Notes: generated from the letters alone by a model not told the origin. DNA of 62,790 bases, filler included, from Choristocarpus tenellus KU-1152 (GCA_964200185.2; 11 parts of 11 records of this genome joined end to end with filler, not necessarily neighbours in it), one strand, 5' to 3'. Positions 36,500-50,653 are shown, numbered from the whole stretch's first letter. Numbers and translations are program-made.

Positions 36500-38686
36500 C
36501 TCCTGTTGATTCACATCACCCCCATTGCCCTGATCAATGACACAGCGATTGGTGTGACCAGCTCGGTGGCCTCCTCTCCCTCCTCCTTCCCTCTCTCCCA
36601 GGTCTTGATTTGATTCTTGGCCAACCGGAATGTTCCTGTGGCATGGAATATCCAATCGAATTGTATTGAGGAAGCATTTTGTGAATCAAGCAGATTTGTG
36701 TTATTCACATGTAATAATTGTCTGGACCATGGATACTTGAGTGTCCAAATGAGTACCAGTCTGCCCCTCTTGCCTACTGATGTGGTTGTTACACTGAGAA
36801 AGAGGTTAGGCTTAGTGGCATTGGCTGCAACTCCATGTAGCTGCTATTGGAAGGCGGTGGTGCGCTTTCACCAATCCCGCAGGGAAGAGTCCACAGGAGA
36901 ACAATGCTCTACTTGCCTGCGAGTCATTTTCCAAAAAAAAAGGAAAAAGGTTTATCTCGAGAGCAATTATACAGTAGTACACTACTTCATAACGCCTCAA
37001 CCCTAACCCTAACCCCTTGCCCAAATAGAAGACAAAAGTAATATAGCCATCGCATCTTTTTTGTCACTGGACCTGTCATGGATTCATGATTCGTATCCAT
37101 GCCTCTTCCTTTCATACTCCCGCCAGTCTTTACCTCTTCAGTTTTAGCTTCTCTAGTAATCTTCTATGCTTCCGCTCCAGTTCATAGAGATCATTCTGCA
37201 GCTCCTCTCTCGTTTTGGGGCGGAACCTTTTGATCAATCCCGAGGTAAGAGAAAAGAAGTATGTATGCAACTTGAAGGAGGGTTTCCTGGAACTTGAATA
37301 TTTTCTGGAGTGGGGTGTGGAACAGTGCCAACTGGGTGTTCTACTTGTCCTTTAGAATACTGCACTCCTTACTGACAGGCTTCGAGACTTATTTGATGGT
37401 TCTGGGTTAGGCTCATGCCAAGAGGGTAGGGGGTAGAGGGTAGAGGGTGGCGATGAACATTTACACCACTTATCAAACGGACACATGTGAACACATTGAC
37501 AATCGATTTCGTTCACTCTGCAACCTCTCCCACTCTGCACGACTCAGGCACGTCTCTCCACCTTTCCCTATCTTCCCAGTTACCTGAGTGGTCCTCCTAC
37601 GGTTTTCTTTATGACCCAATCGTTAATGCCCTCGGGACCCATGCCAGTCTTGCGACCCAGCTCCTCCTTGAGGACATCCACAACCAATTCCTGCGGGGTG
37701 AAGAGATCTTCTTTGTCAAGATAATCACTCCTGGCTGCAGACCATAGTGCTCCACCTTGAAAGAATAGGGTGGCCATCCCGTTGGGAAGGTGTCTCCTCA
37801 CAAACATCGCGCGTCTTTTTTTTACCAATGCCACGATGAACTACAGTTGTAGATTTTGGGGCGAGTCATCAGGTTGATACTAGCAACCAGAACTTCAAGC
37901 TCTTCAACAATATGATCTTTGTCTTGGATACATAGTATCAGTCCTGGCAGAATGGGGAGAGAAAGGATACTTTCTTCACCTCGAAGGGAAGAGAGGTCAC
38001 ATTGATGAATCAATTTTTATCCCACTCTCTCCTCCATACTCTTTTGTTGGAAAGGTATGCAAGGCAGGGCGTTTGGATCGTGGCACCTGCTCACAAAGCT
38101 TGGTACGCATGGCCTGAATCATGGCTGACCGCCGGTGATCTTTTCCCTGCGCATTGGCCTGCTCCAGGCGAATCTTCAGACCAGCAATGCTCTTCATCAA
38201 CAATCGCACCTTGCACAGTTTAGGACGGACCAATACCAAGATAGAGTTGCATCCTTTGAGAGGGAAATCTTAATGCTACGACGCCATCTCATATTGTACT
38301 CCATGTACTAGAAGGCTTGTCCCATTATACGAAGCGTAAATGCATGTTAAAAAGCAAGCACTTCCGCCTTCCCTATCGAAGGAGATTGGCTAGGCAGAGA
38401 GAAACCAGAGGTACTGCTGAGAAATACTACATAGTATTCGGTCGAAGATCGATCGAATCGCATGTCAAGCACCATTCTCTCTGTAGAAGTGTGGAGCTAC
38501 AACTGACGAGGCGCCAACAGCCGACACCACCAAGCTATAAAACCCCTGCACCTTTTGCGCATGGAGCTTCCCTAGGGCCTCAACTTGCTTGTTAAACCGT
38601 GATTCGGCATCGCCTCCCCCTCCCATATCCAGAGCTACGAGAATGTCTGGCTCACTCCTGGCATCGAGGTCACCAGCGTGAGGCAT
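36500..38686 (-). CDS. Uncharacterised coiled-coil protein, 5' exons 38686-38552, 38209-38087, 37690-37584, 37226-~37073, plus downstream candidates
   Basis: Phase-consistent GT-AG splicing gives MPHAGDLD...HAQK|VRLLMKSI...CEQ|ELVVDVLKEEL...GGPLR|FRPKTREELQNDLYELERKHRRLLEKLK. Confidence 0.75.
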
Positions 38687-38962
38687 GCTCAGGGATTGAT
38701 AATTTTTTCCCCCAGCCTTCTTCAGCAAAGAGATTAAGGACTCCTTCCACTCACTGCGGAGTCATGTATATCTTATCTATAGTTTTCAGTCTTGTGTTGT
38801 ATGGGTGTGGGCTTGTTTACTTAAGCGAACTGTGTGGAAATGTTGCGTAGATTCAAGAAAATATTGTAACAGTTACACACCCTTCATTGCTGCCCTAACC
38901 CTAGACTAGAGAACAGGAAGAATGGAACTACCTCGCACTGGTCAGCACGAGATCAGGGACCG
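38687..38962. promoter_or_regulatory. Short divergent (bidirectional) promoter region
   Basis: 276 bp between opposed ATGs at 38686 and 38963; contains CCCTAACCCTAG at ~38893. Confidence 0.55.
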
Positions 38963-41203
38963 ATGAGCGGACAAGGGATGGATGCTGAAGCAGGGGACAG
39001 GTCGGGGGGGGTAGAGAGTGCAACGTTCCACGTCGATGGAGTTGCATACCTCAAGCTCATGATGCACGCGGCCAAGCATCCTTGGGCGGCTGTGACGGGT
39101 TTCCTTGTGGGCGAGGGGTCAGCAGCGACGAAGGTAGGGAGATGGAAGGATGAATGGTGCTTGGATTGAACAGAAGGATGTCGATATCTTCGCTAGAGTG
39201 CTCATCCTCTACAGGATTTCGCCCTCTGACGCCGAACCAGGCTACCTGTCCTTGGAGTGGATTCGTCCCCCTTCTTCCTCTCAGTGTATTGTGTGAGTTC
39301 AATCCATTGCCCATTTCCTCGTGCCTTCTTCCGCATTTCTTTCCTCTCCCCCCACTGGTTTCATCATTCCTCAATTACCCCGTCATTTTGCCTAGAATGA
39401 CCTTTACGAAAGTTTGAGGTCACTGGATGCTCGCTCCATGCTATTAATATGGAGGAAAGAGACGCATTTTGAAACCTTGTCGACGCTTTATTCCTTGACA
39501 ATCACATTTAGTGATCGGTGAACCTTAGGTGCCTCAAAAATATACCCGCACCTCTCTCTCTCTCTTTCCCTCTTTCCCTCTCTTTTTTTCCTGCTTCCCT
39601 TTCGTGGGGTACTTACTACCCTGGTTGATTGAATGGGGAGATACTTCTTGCCACTAGTAGAGTAACATCCTCCGAGAAAGAGGGTTGGCATTTTCCCCAG
39701 TCTGTACGGCTGGAGGTTTGTTCATGCACTTGTGCTTTAGAATGGGATGCGCTCCTCTCGCTTATACCACGCTGGGTGGTAGTTTGCTGGCGACAGAGCC
39801 CTGCATAGATGTTTGGATTGTCTGTTGGAATGATATGATCTGCGAGATTGTTGGGGGCAACTTGATTTTCTCAGTTCATTTATTTTACGCCCTTTGAGGT
39901 CCGGACAATTCTATAAAGATCATAAAACTTACTCTGACAAAAATATTTTACTTACTCGCAAGTACTTCCGAGTACCGACCCTTCCAGGGAACAGCACCAT
40001 TGCAACCTAAAACTAATGGCACCCAATCACGTATCAGGATGACAGATACTGCATGTACTGTTCAGGAATTTGAATTCTTGTAGATACTCCAAGCCTTCCT
40101 GATATTGCAGTACAAGCAGCATAGCACCATGTAGTAGTCCTGTTCACTCTCGGCACAAGACACTAACGACAGAGGTAGCTCATGGCACGGCCCCTCTTGC
40201 AATAGCCTGACAAGTTGATCTCATTGATGCTGTTTACTTACATGCTATCCATAGAGACTTGCACTTACAGACATACATGCAGTATACAGATAATGCTTAA
40301 CATACGTGGTTTAGTGGTGGATAGAATTTAAGAACTGGGTTTGTTATAGAGTGCTCTGGCTAGAGAATATGTATCTCGTAAGCAGAGTGCTGAAATGAGC
40401 TGTACATCTGAAGGGAAGAGGAAGAATCAAGGAGGGAAGGTTTAGTTTTAGGAACACCTTGCTCATTTTGGGTTCCAGGAAATCCAAGTGTTTCACTAAT
40501 GAAGAGCCTTCAAAACCCCAAATTGTATACTATAGTCAACACAGATTTGGTCCGAAATTCAAGTACCAGTTGAACCATCATGTGAAAAGGCTTACATAGT
40601 CGTCCAATACTCAAAAAGCAGGTCAGCTTTTGCAGAATTGGTCCAAGGAACAAGTAGATCATGGTAAGTACTGCCTATGCTCAACGCCCCCTTGCACCAG
40701 GGTGCTGAGGGAGTGCCTCCTTACCACTTATGGGATGCAAGAGTCTGAGTGGTCAACATTTAAAAACGATGAAACATTGCTCTGGAACAGTGCTTGGAGC
40801 CAGGCCCTTCTTATCTTACTGACCACACCCTTTCCACAAATGTATTTTGAATTATGTACCAGAAAGCAGCACTGATTTGGTGTGAGACCTTGCTCAGAAA
40901 GTACAGCAGTATGCTTGTTTCTCAGTCTGTAGTTTCCTATTGCTGCTGCTTCCTCTTGTTTTGATTGGATGGGGGCGGGGGNNNNNNNNNNTTCTTTTTC
41001 TTGGTTTTGTCGCTTTTTTCTTGTGAGTGGTTGGGGGGGGGGTGGAGTTTTGGTGTGACTGCTGTACCTACCACCAGGTGAAGGTGGTGGATGCAGTGCC
41101 TCTTTTCCACAGCAGCACTTTGACGCCCATGCTAAATTCATGTGCCGAGATGGTGGAGGCCTATGCCAGCAAGAGGGGACTGGAAATCGTAGGGCTGTAC
41201 CAG
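38963..41203 (+). CDS. EMC8: ER membrane protein complex subunit 8/9 (UPF0172), exons 38963-39133 and 41078-41203 (partial)
   Basis: AYLKLMMHAAKHPWAAVTGFLVG | VKVVDAVPLFH...LTPML...IVGLYQ are hallmark EMC8/9 motifs; phase-0 GT-AG intron. Confidence 0.92.
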
Positions 41204-43641
41204 GTTGGGACTTCTGAGAAGGGATGATTGTGTGAAGCTTGTGGCATTGCGTTTTTTTATTTTGTGGGTCGATTTGACTTTTGTTCAGGGGCAAAGGGCA
41301 ATGCAGTGCGTTACTAAAAGCCGCGCTTCTATTCTGGTTGTCATGTGTTCGCTTTGTTTTTCAAATGTGTCTATCTATCCTGTGTTGATTGGTTTGGGGG
41401 TGTTTCATGCTGTGCCGTGCTTTATCTCGGCGATGGTGCAGTGTTACATTTACGCAGTACATTGATCCCGATGCGTTGACTCTTGAGCCTGTCATGACGG
41501 TGATCGGTTTATGTTGCTCACTGCATTGTAGTTGTGTTGCTCATTGAACGTGATTGGTTTTGTCAAGTGTCAATTGTTTTTTTGAAGTGTCGCGTTCGAT
41601 GAATTATTTTATATTCATTGTACGCTTTACGTTTGTTATCTCACGTGAGTTGGTGATGCGTTGTTTGTCTTGTTTTTGTGCTCAATGATGTGATCTCCTC
41701 GGGGTTAGTTATTATTGTGTCTTACTTCATATTGTGCTGCTGTAGTGCACTGTAGTCACTGTGCACTGACCTTCTATGTTGACTTCAGGGCAAGATGGGG
41801 CTGGGGCCCTTTTTTTTTTTGTACTGTAGTTTACATGCCCTCAGTGACATGGATACGCCGTCTTTCTGCTCTCTTTGCTTCTTCTTCGGTGGTGAGGTCA
41901 TTTGTCACACTGGAGCATTCAAAGGCGTAAAACATTTATGATGCTTCTCTCCTGTGAAATGGAAGTAGTGCTAGTAGTAAAAGTTTGTTGTCAAGATCTA
42001 CAGGAGTAGCTATGATGAAGCGATCAGCACTGTAACGTCGCCCTTAAAGCCCTGCAAGAAAAAACGGTATTAATGTATGTGATGGTCTCAGCCGTAATGC
42101 AAAACAGAGTGTTCTTGTGTTTTGTTTGGAGTATATTTGGCTGAAGGACGCTACAATGATATTATTATTATTATTATTGCCAGGATTTCTCTTTATTGTT
42201 TTTGTACATCAAGGGCAACCGAGAGGAATCTGTGATCCCAACCGCCAAAGGCTCTTTCGATATCTTGTCACAGGCCATAGATAAGTGGCACGTCAGGGTG
42301 TTTGTAACACCTGTCGTGCGTTACGCAATGGCATGAGCCGAGGAAGCCGATCAGGGCGCCTCCACACTCACCAGCACGGTCTGGTGAATGTTACTTTTCT
42401 TGCTAACTCTTTTGCTTTGGGGGGTGTTACATGCACTCATGCGGAATAAGAATGTCAGAAGGCCATTTATGTATGTGTTGGGGGGGGGGGGGGGGGGGGG
42501 GTGCGGTTTTTTATTTTAACATTTTGTCCGTTTGAGAATTGGGTTTGTTTTTTGTTTTGGGGNNNNNNNNNNNNNNNNNNNNNNNNNNNNNNNNNNNNNN
42601 NNNNNNTTAATTAATTAANNNNNNNNNNNNNNNNNNNNNNNNNNNNNNNNNNNNNNNNNNNNATATAAATTCTGTGCCGCTTTTTTCGGGCATACCCATG
42701 GGTGCACAAAATCGGGGTAGGTACTGTACTGTATAATACAATATGTAGTGTACCATACATATTATTATAAGAATACCAAAACCGTTACTGGCTCCCCCCG
42801 GGAGGCCCCGTCTGTCCTTATACGATTCACTTGATCGAGGTCGCTTCCAAATCGTAGCGGTGCCCTCCACAAGTACCGAAATAGTTTTGAATAAAAATAT
42901 AGCCCATTCAAAAAGGGACCCGTAAAAAGTGCCGGATCATTTACGAAAAAACTTATCGGTACTTCTTCCGCACCATTTTCAGTCAAACTCACTCTCCATC
43001 CTCAATTTTTAAAATCCACTGTTATTGGCAATTGTTCCCTCTGACATTTTGCAGGTTTGTGAGTAGGGGGGAGAAAGAGAGATCAACACTATATTGCAAG
43101 TAACTCTGGGTGCAATCAAAGTTGTTGATGGAGCACCTCCTTAAAATAATGTACCATATGTACATGTATTTGAATACGACAATGTCCCCCTTAGAGATTG
43201 TTCAATGTATCTATCTATGGAATTGATGGAGTCGGCGAAAGGGTATGACTATATGAAAGAAACTGATAGCGGTATGAGGTATTGAAAAAACCCCAGTATA
43301 TATACGATTATTTCCGGTATACATTATAACGCCGTACCAACCTGTCAGTCCCCCATATCTGGTTGGGGATAAGCTTCGATTTGCCCTCAAAATCTGGGGG
43401 CCGCCGATTTCTCGGCTATTTTTACCTCCCAAATCAAACATTGTTTACGTGCCAATGTTTGGACAATAAATGGTATTTATATCAGACCGTATAAAATAGT
43501 TAAATATATACATCTATTGATACATATAAAACCGGGTATGTGGGATACCAAGGGAGGAGGCTTTCAGTTTCTCCTTATTTATTGTTTATCCACTGACTAT
43601 ATGTCTGTCTGGTGCATCCACTCGCTGCCAACCCAGAATCG

Positions 43642-43781
43642 AATGGTCTTTTAAGTGTGCAGGACAACTTGTCTGGCCAAAAGGTTAGACTGAGGGGTGC
43701 ACCAAAGAAGTAGAACGGTCTTAAGTGTGCAGGACAGCTTGTCTGGCTAAAAGGTTAGACTGAGGGACGCACCAAAGAAGC
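43642..43781. repeat. Tandem duplication, ~70-bp unit
   Basis: TTAAGTGTGCAGGACA.CTTGTCTGGC.AAAAGGTTAGACTGAGGG..GCACCAAAGAAG occurs twice. Confidence 0.9.
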
Positions 43782-44876
43782 AACCATGCCGTGATGCTTG
43801 CTTTGGAGATCCCCCCCCCAAAAAAAAACTCTGTCCAAGGGTAGATGTATGTCTCCATACACGATTTTGAATTAATTGTAGGGGAGTAAGAAATTGAACA
43901 AGAGAGAGGAGAGCAAGTTCATTATTTCAATGTGCACTTGTCCCTACAGTTTGCTTCACCACAGAGGGTTGGGTTCGTAGCCATCCAAGGATGTGAAGTT
44001 TCCACAACAGATGGTTTGGAAATATATTTGATGTATCGTATTCCCCTGCGAGTCTCCTGTTTAACTGTATCCTACCCAGAAACATCTGCAGTGCAAATAT
44101 ATTTGGGAGTTATTGGAATAACTGGTACAAGCACAATCACAGAAGACTACTGTCCGCCTCAAATAGCTCCCTTACTTAGCATTCATTATCTTTGGAAGCA
44201 GAAGTCAATCAGTGGAGGAAACAATATTTTTTAACTTAAACTTTTGGGGAAAGTCGATTTCTTCAACGAACGATGCAGCAATGATTTATTTCCTTCCATT
44301 GGGTCATTTTATTGTCGTGAAATGCCATGATGCAGTTGTTGTGGGCAATTTGCTCACGGTCACCATCTCATCGGGGGCCCTGAAAAGCCCAGTAGTAAAC
44401 AGGCTATAATAAACGACCCTCACTAGTAGAACATCATACGGGCTAGGTAAGGATATCAGCAAGTGGGAGCACTTCCTCAAAAATGACACATCCCCAAACC
44501 TCTTTTGCTTCGAAAGACAGCACTGGATTGTGGTAACTTCTGCTCTGTACTCCTGATCAATTGCCAAGATCATGAAAGTAAATTTTGAGAACTATAATTT
44601 AGCAAGCAAAGGATACAGTACAACAAGGGACACTTCGACCAGCAGAGTAGGTCTAATACATCACATTAAGCCGATGGAGTGGCATCCGTCCCTTTTTCGT
44701 ACTATTGATCCTGAGTGGCCCAAGCTTAACGCTTTCCGTCACACGACCAATCAACACCAATACCCGCAGAATAAACAGTGTTTTTACCCCACGAACAGAG
44801 CTGAATCCCCCAGGCTAGAACCGTCGAGACACATACAATCACCCACCCCTGTGTTCCTGTTATAGACCCACATATC

Positions 44877-47800
44877 TCAAGGAACATCCTCGACTTTGAG
44901 AACACAGGAAGACGACAAAGAAGCTTCATTATCTTCCCTCCTGCTCTCTGCGCTCTGGCTAGAAACTGGCTTTTCGACTCCCTGTATCTCCTCTTGTTCC
45001 TCAGGCACACACTCTTCACCGTGGGCTGTTGGCTGGACACGAACGTTCCTAGGTGGGGAACTTTGGTGTAGGAGACCAATTCTTGAGCCAAGGCTCGAGA
45101 AGGCTGAGGCACCTTTTTGCAAAAGAGAGGTTGTAGTGTCCTGAGTCACAGCACGGGTTGCTACTGTTGTCCACGTTACCGTTGCTGCTGTTCTATTTCC
45201 TGTCTGCATGTTCTTCATGGAGCTGCGGCGCTTATTGTGAAGTCGAGCACGTTGAGCCGGGGAACGTACTGAGCCCTCTCGACCACCATTTCCTTCGGGG
45301 CTGCCTGGGGTACTGCCGCCAACTGACCCACGATGCGGAGAGGTATTAGCGCTTGATCGGCGCGTGCCTACCTCCGTGGAGTTAGCTAACATCTGTTTAT
45401 GGTAAGCAGAATGAGCACCGGTATGAAATGTAGGTGCAAGACAAACGGGGATATCTGCATGGGCACACTGGATATCAGGGCAGTGAAGGTTTGGGAACAG
45501 AAATGGGGAGCTAGATTGGAAGGATGGGGAAGAGAAATGGTTTCACAAGTTGCATTTTAGACCTTTGTATCACTATCTGTGCAACTTGTTCAGAGGTAGG
45601 CAGTCTTTAGAGAGTCTCTGCATATTCAACGCTCAAGTATGGGGAGCTCGAAGATGTAGGATTTGTGATTTAAGGGATTGGATATTCAGATCTCAGAGCC
45701 TTTCTTAAGACTTGTGTGCAAGAGAGGAAATAGCTAATGTAGAAACCGAAACTGCAACATGTATTTAGAAGCACCAAGGCCTGAATATGCCCTGAACATG
45801 TAGAGCTATTCCAGCATGATCAGCTCCCGCACAAGAGCTCTGTGCACAATATATATCTATATATAGACCCTCCAAGCTTTCAACAGACAGATCTCTCACC
45901 AAGTCTAGGTTAGCATCCTGCAGACCATTGTAGGCTAGCCGTAGCTCCAGGCCAATCGCATACAAAGTGAGAATTGTTACAAACTCTACAATGAATAGAA
46001 CAAGGTCTCTCCCACCAATTCCTATCGATGGTCTGTGCCACACGCTGGAAGTGTCACTGCTGTCATCTCCCCACCATTTGTAAACCAAGGCAACATCTCC
46101 ATCTGCACACATGCCGCAGGATATGACGTCGTAGGCTTGCAAAATGAATATTGGGCCATGGCTAGACATAGAAGGGATATGGTGCACCATGATCTATCTA
46201 CCACCAAGCTTACCAAATGCAGTTGTAGTTGATCTTCATCACCGGGTAAGTTCATAGGACAAAGCTCTGTAACTCCCACATTGTTAGGATTCCGTTCTGA
46301 TGTATGTCTAGCACTCTACACATCAGCATATTTTTCATCAATTACCACACATTGTGTATAGGGCTGTATATATGATGTACACGACAAACTGCTTGAGTAC
46401 TCCTTTTTGTCCACTGCATTTCGATGTGGGATATATTTGAAGACATTATAAATATTCTGCATGCAGTTGTTGTTAAAGATAAGTGTTGGGAGAAGCTCCT
46501 GCCAGATGCAATTCACACTGCGATTGAGAAAGAGTGTGGGTATATTTTGGAACTTAGGGTTAATACTGGCCAATCAATGAGCATTTTTTATGGAGACTAC
46601 AGGATGGGCAGTAGGAACAGACTCACAAAAAAGGGCCATGGACATTGAGGTTGCCAGAAGGCAAGCACCGATTGGTCGAAGCCTCTCATCACTAGCTTTC
46701 CAAACCAGCAGGCGGAAAAGGAACCAGCATGCTGCAAGACTGCAAGTGAACGTCATAGCAATCAGAACCACCGTCTGGAATGCCCTCATCCCCACCTTAA
46801 CCCCCCCCCTGATTGAGAATGCTATAATAAAATGTGTGGCAAGAGTCCCAGAACTCAGAAATACCGCTCCAAGTGCAATGAACTTGAGCTTTTTTTTTAT
46901 CACATATTGGGGAAGGGTGGGATCAAGAGTGAAAGGAGCACGGTGGTCAGCCATGCAGGAGATTTAGGTGTGTGGCAACGGATTGAGGATAAGGAACGGA
47001 GTGGTACAAGTAACACAATAAGAGTGCGCAATGACTTGAGGTGAAGGAGGGGGGGCTGGGGCTAATCACCTGGAAGAAACTTGTGTGGGTGATGTAATAT
47101 AATACAGTCATCGCTGAGGGAAAGAGTTGTGTGCAGGTAGAAGAATTGTTGAATTGTAATGAAAGACAATATAATTGTTGTATCAGTGCTGTATGGGTGA
47201 TGCAGTAATGTTGTACAGCAACAGCAACACGTATGTCACTACTTTGCCATTGAAGTGACGTCCTATGTCACTGGATGACTAGAACTTTATTTTGGACAGA
47301 ACCTGCAAGTGTTTTTGCTTTACTATCCATGATATTTGTTATCGTGCATCTTCAGTAGTTGACAATGCAATACAAAGACATGCAACAGGTGTTATGAGGT
47401 GTTCCTACTGCAAGAATAGACTTCTAAGAGTCATGAATAGAGTATGAGTCAAGCAGAAGAGTACTGTACAAACATTATCCCATAGATGTTCCGTATTTCC
47501 TTTTCTAATTTGACAGCATTGCTGGAGGTGGTTTGGGACAATAAGCATGCATGCATACCTCATTGATCGCGAATGCATACCTCTGCAAAGTATGCCACTG
47601 TCCGACCCACGTGCTTCTTGGTCTTGAGGGCAGTGATTGTGTGGAGCTGGGGAGACACCAGCAGGGAAACAATACGTGAAAAAGTAAATGGTGCGCAGGG
47701 TTGAGTGAGCCTGTCAAATATTAGTTCGGAAGTCCTTTGGTATTCTCAAATGTGTGTATGGCTGAGCTCCACACGAAATGCATCTGCTCTGTGAAGAGTG

Positions 47801-48734
47801 CTCGTTTCAGATCTATGAATGGGTTAAACCTTCTTCTTTAGGTGCGTTCATGCCCTGAAGTTGTTTGTTGGAATGAATGTAACAGAATGGCACACCACCC
47901 CCCCCGATGGTTGAAACGTTGCTGCAGTTTGTCCGGCAGAATAGTGTGACAGAAAGGGCAACAAACCATTGACAGTTTACTTTTACTTGTAGTGTACTCC
48001 AGAGAAACAGCAACTTTATCATTGTGTGGTCTTGCTTCCCCAACCATTTTTTGCCAAGGTGATAATCATTTACAAGTACCTGCTGTTGAAAACGTTTAAC
48101 TCCTTAAAACCACCCCCTCTGCATCAGGTCTCGCTTAAGCTTGTATTACTGATTTATCATCGGTGGCTCTTGCTCATTCACGTGGATATCCATCTATTCA
48201 CTTGGAATTATTTCAAACGTATGTACACTTTATTGGCATTTTCGTGAAACGCTTCCTACAGAACAATTCCGCTGGTTACCATTCCAATCCGTGGGCTGTT
48301 TACCATAAGTTTTGCTTTTGGGGGTACGCACTAGCACAGGCAGTGCTTATCGCATGGTGGCTTTCACCCCCTCCCATGGTAGTGCAGTCACAACGGTATG
48401 CACAGTCCAGTACTGATTGTAATCACCAGTCTAATGATCAATACATCTCTTCAAACCGTGCCATCAAGGGTGGGGAACATAAAAAATATGGCGGAACTCT
48501 TCAAGCATTTCTAAACAAGAAAACAACAGCAGAACCATGTACTAAGCCTAGAATTTTGTGTAACGTTCACCTCTATTTTTTTTCTATTACACTTGCCTCG
48601 AGAATACATGTCTTGAGTTTTTCGACCCTGTCCACATTGGCGAACCTGTCCAGCCTCACAACAACCAGCACTGCTCCAGTACAGGCCACTGCTATCACGG
48701 CAGACAATAAGGACATATTTACATTGTACAGGAC
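44877..48734 (-). CDS. MHYT-domain-like integral membrane protein with degenerate motifs; exons 48734-48597, 46888-46627, 46102-45900, 45392-44877 (others likely)
   Basis: VLYNVNMSLLSAVIAV (MHYT-repeat Y....LS..IAV); AACWFLFRLLVW...LRPIGACLLA as in stramenopile MHYT proteins; phase-consistent splicing of the last three exons; S/T/R-rich tail. Confidence 0.7.
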
Positions 48735-49701
48735 CTGATGGTGAACCGCAGAGGCCAGTCGAGAGAGTTAGGAAGACTCGTATACAATATATACATTGAG
48801 GATGGAGGCAGTATCTGCCGTGAGCACAGTGCTGGATATCTAGGTTGCAAGGTCAGATCAATCCTCTTTGTAACATCTGCTGAGCGTGCACACTGTGTAG
48901 TGACAAAGAGTCATGGACCATTCCGTGCCAGTACATGAAAAATCGGATACTCTGTGGTTGACAGCATGTACCGTTTTGTACTGTTAGTACTCAGACACTA
49001 TAGTATTTGTCTTCAATGCTTGCACGTGCGGCGAAATGTAGGATAACCTGGGTGGTGGTGCAACATTCCGCTGGTGGTCCGTGAAGAGATGGTGCAGTTT
49101 ACAGAAATCTATTTGATATGTTCATTAGAAAGGCGGTAATGTTTTCTTGTTGGGGAGACACTCCAAAGTAGTAGTACTAGCATATGGCATTGTACATTCT
49201 CAGTGACCAGCAGAGTGAATGATGACGAACTTTGTTAACCACCGAACCAACACGCCTGCTCAGCAGGGCTATGTGGGCAGGTGAAATCAATCGTGTTTTG
49301 TGGGTACCACGGACAAAACTATTGAACCAAAATGGCGTAAGCAAAGTCACGACTGTATTTATTCTTCCCGCCAAGATTGAAAAAAAGAGCTTTTCAAATT
49401 TTATGTTGTTTTGTTATGAATCCATGTTTTGGATCAACATGGGCATGTATGTCCCTACCAGTAAATGAATACTCATTCCGAAAAAATGGCATCCTCGCAA
49501 TTTTGTGGGTTCCCTCCCCCCCCCCCCTCTTGTGAAGCTTCCTCCACGAAAACAACCATGCTAAAATTTTTGTGTCTTATTTACACCATAAACCCCTCGT
49601 TNNNNNNNNNNNNNNNNNNNNNNNNNNNNNNNNNNNNNNNNNNNNTTAATTAATTAANNNNNNNNNNNNNNNNNNNNNNNNNNNNNNNNNNNNNNNNNNN
49701 N

Positions 49702-50653
49702 CCACCTTTGATGGTGCTCCTCGCTCCTAAGTTTATACTTGGCCAACCTTAACCTCGTACCCTCAGTCATGGTTCATCCTTGTTCGTGTGGTCCGTCTTG
49801 CCCGATGATTCTCTTCGCCACCCTTGCCTGAGAGAACCATGCCGCCACAGAATCACACGATTCACATTGGCGACAACGGTGTCCTCAGAAATAGGGTGAT
49901 GGGGCATTTCTGGTTGACCGCGGAGGAAAGATAAGAGATCCAGTTTGGACCGAAAGAAGTACGTTACCTGGGTCACATTTTATCGTCTGAAGGGATTCGT
50001 ATCGTGATCGTGAACTATTTACTAGTTCCACTACCGTGTTTCCTTCAGTGGACCAGGAGCAATTGCGCAAGGAGCAGGAGTCCGAGTTCGGACCATATTT
50101 CAGGTATTTGTAGTCCCCCAACGTCGCCCCATTGCTTGATAAGGAATCAACGACGTCTGTGTCGTATTTTTTCCTTCGTAATGGCTTACTGTATCTTTCG
50201 TATTTACCAGGCCATCTTCGTAAAAGGAGCACGTTTAGAGACCAGTTGGTCTTTCCTCACTCGTTAGTCCGTCTTGTACTCCATGCTTGTCATGACCATT
50301 CATTGTCTGGAGGTCACTTAGGTTTCAAACCCACGTTCGATAAGGTTAGAGACTCGTATTGGTGACCAACATTCAATATCGACGTTAGTACATGGTGTCG
50401 TGATTGTCAAGCATGCCAAACACGTAAGACTGCTCATAAGACGCCTACGCTTCCCACTGGCCATATGCCCGTTGACAGACCATTTCAACGTGTTGCTATT
50501 GATTTGGTAGAGTACAAAACACGTTCGGGGTTCCCCAGCAGCAAATTGTGTCATGTGCTCGTATGTGTTGTCTCCCATTGATCACCTCACTCGTTTTGTT
50601 GTGCTGAGCCCTATTCCAAATAAAGAGGCCGCAACAATTGCTCATACGCTGGT
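49702..50653 (+). mobile_element. Ty3/Gypsy pol remnant (RT end, HHCC zinc finger, integrase core start), cut by a MITE
   Basis: FGPKEVRYLGHILSSEGI; HACHDHSLSGGHLGFKPTFDKVRDSYW; CRDCQACQ; RPFQRVAIDLV; IDHLTRF...NKEAATIA. Confidence 0.9.

Noticed and set aside
49450-49500. GCHFFGM as an intact MHYT motif exon
   Set aside because: No convincing splice sites or hydrophobic context, and it sits next to a contig end
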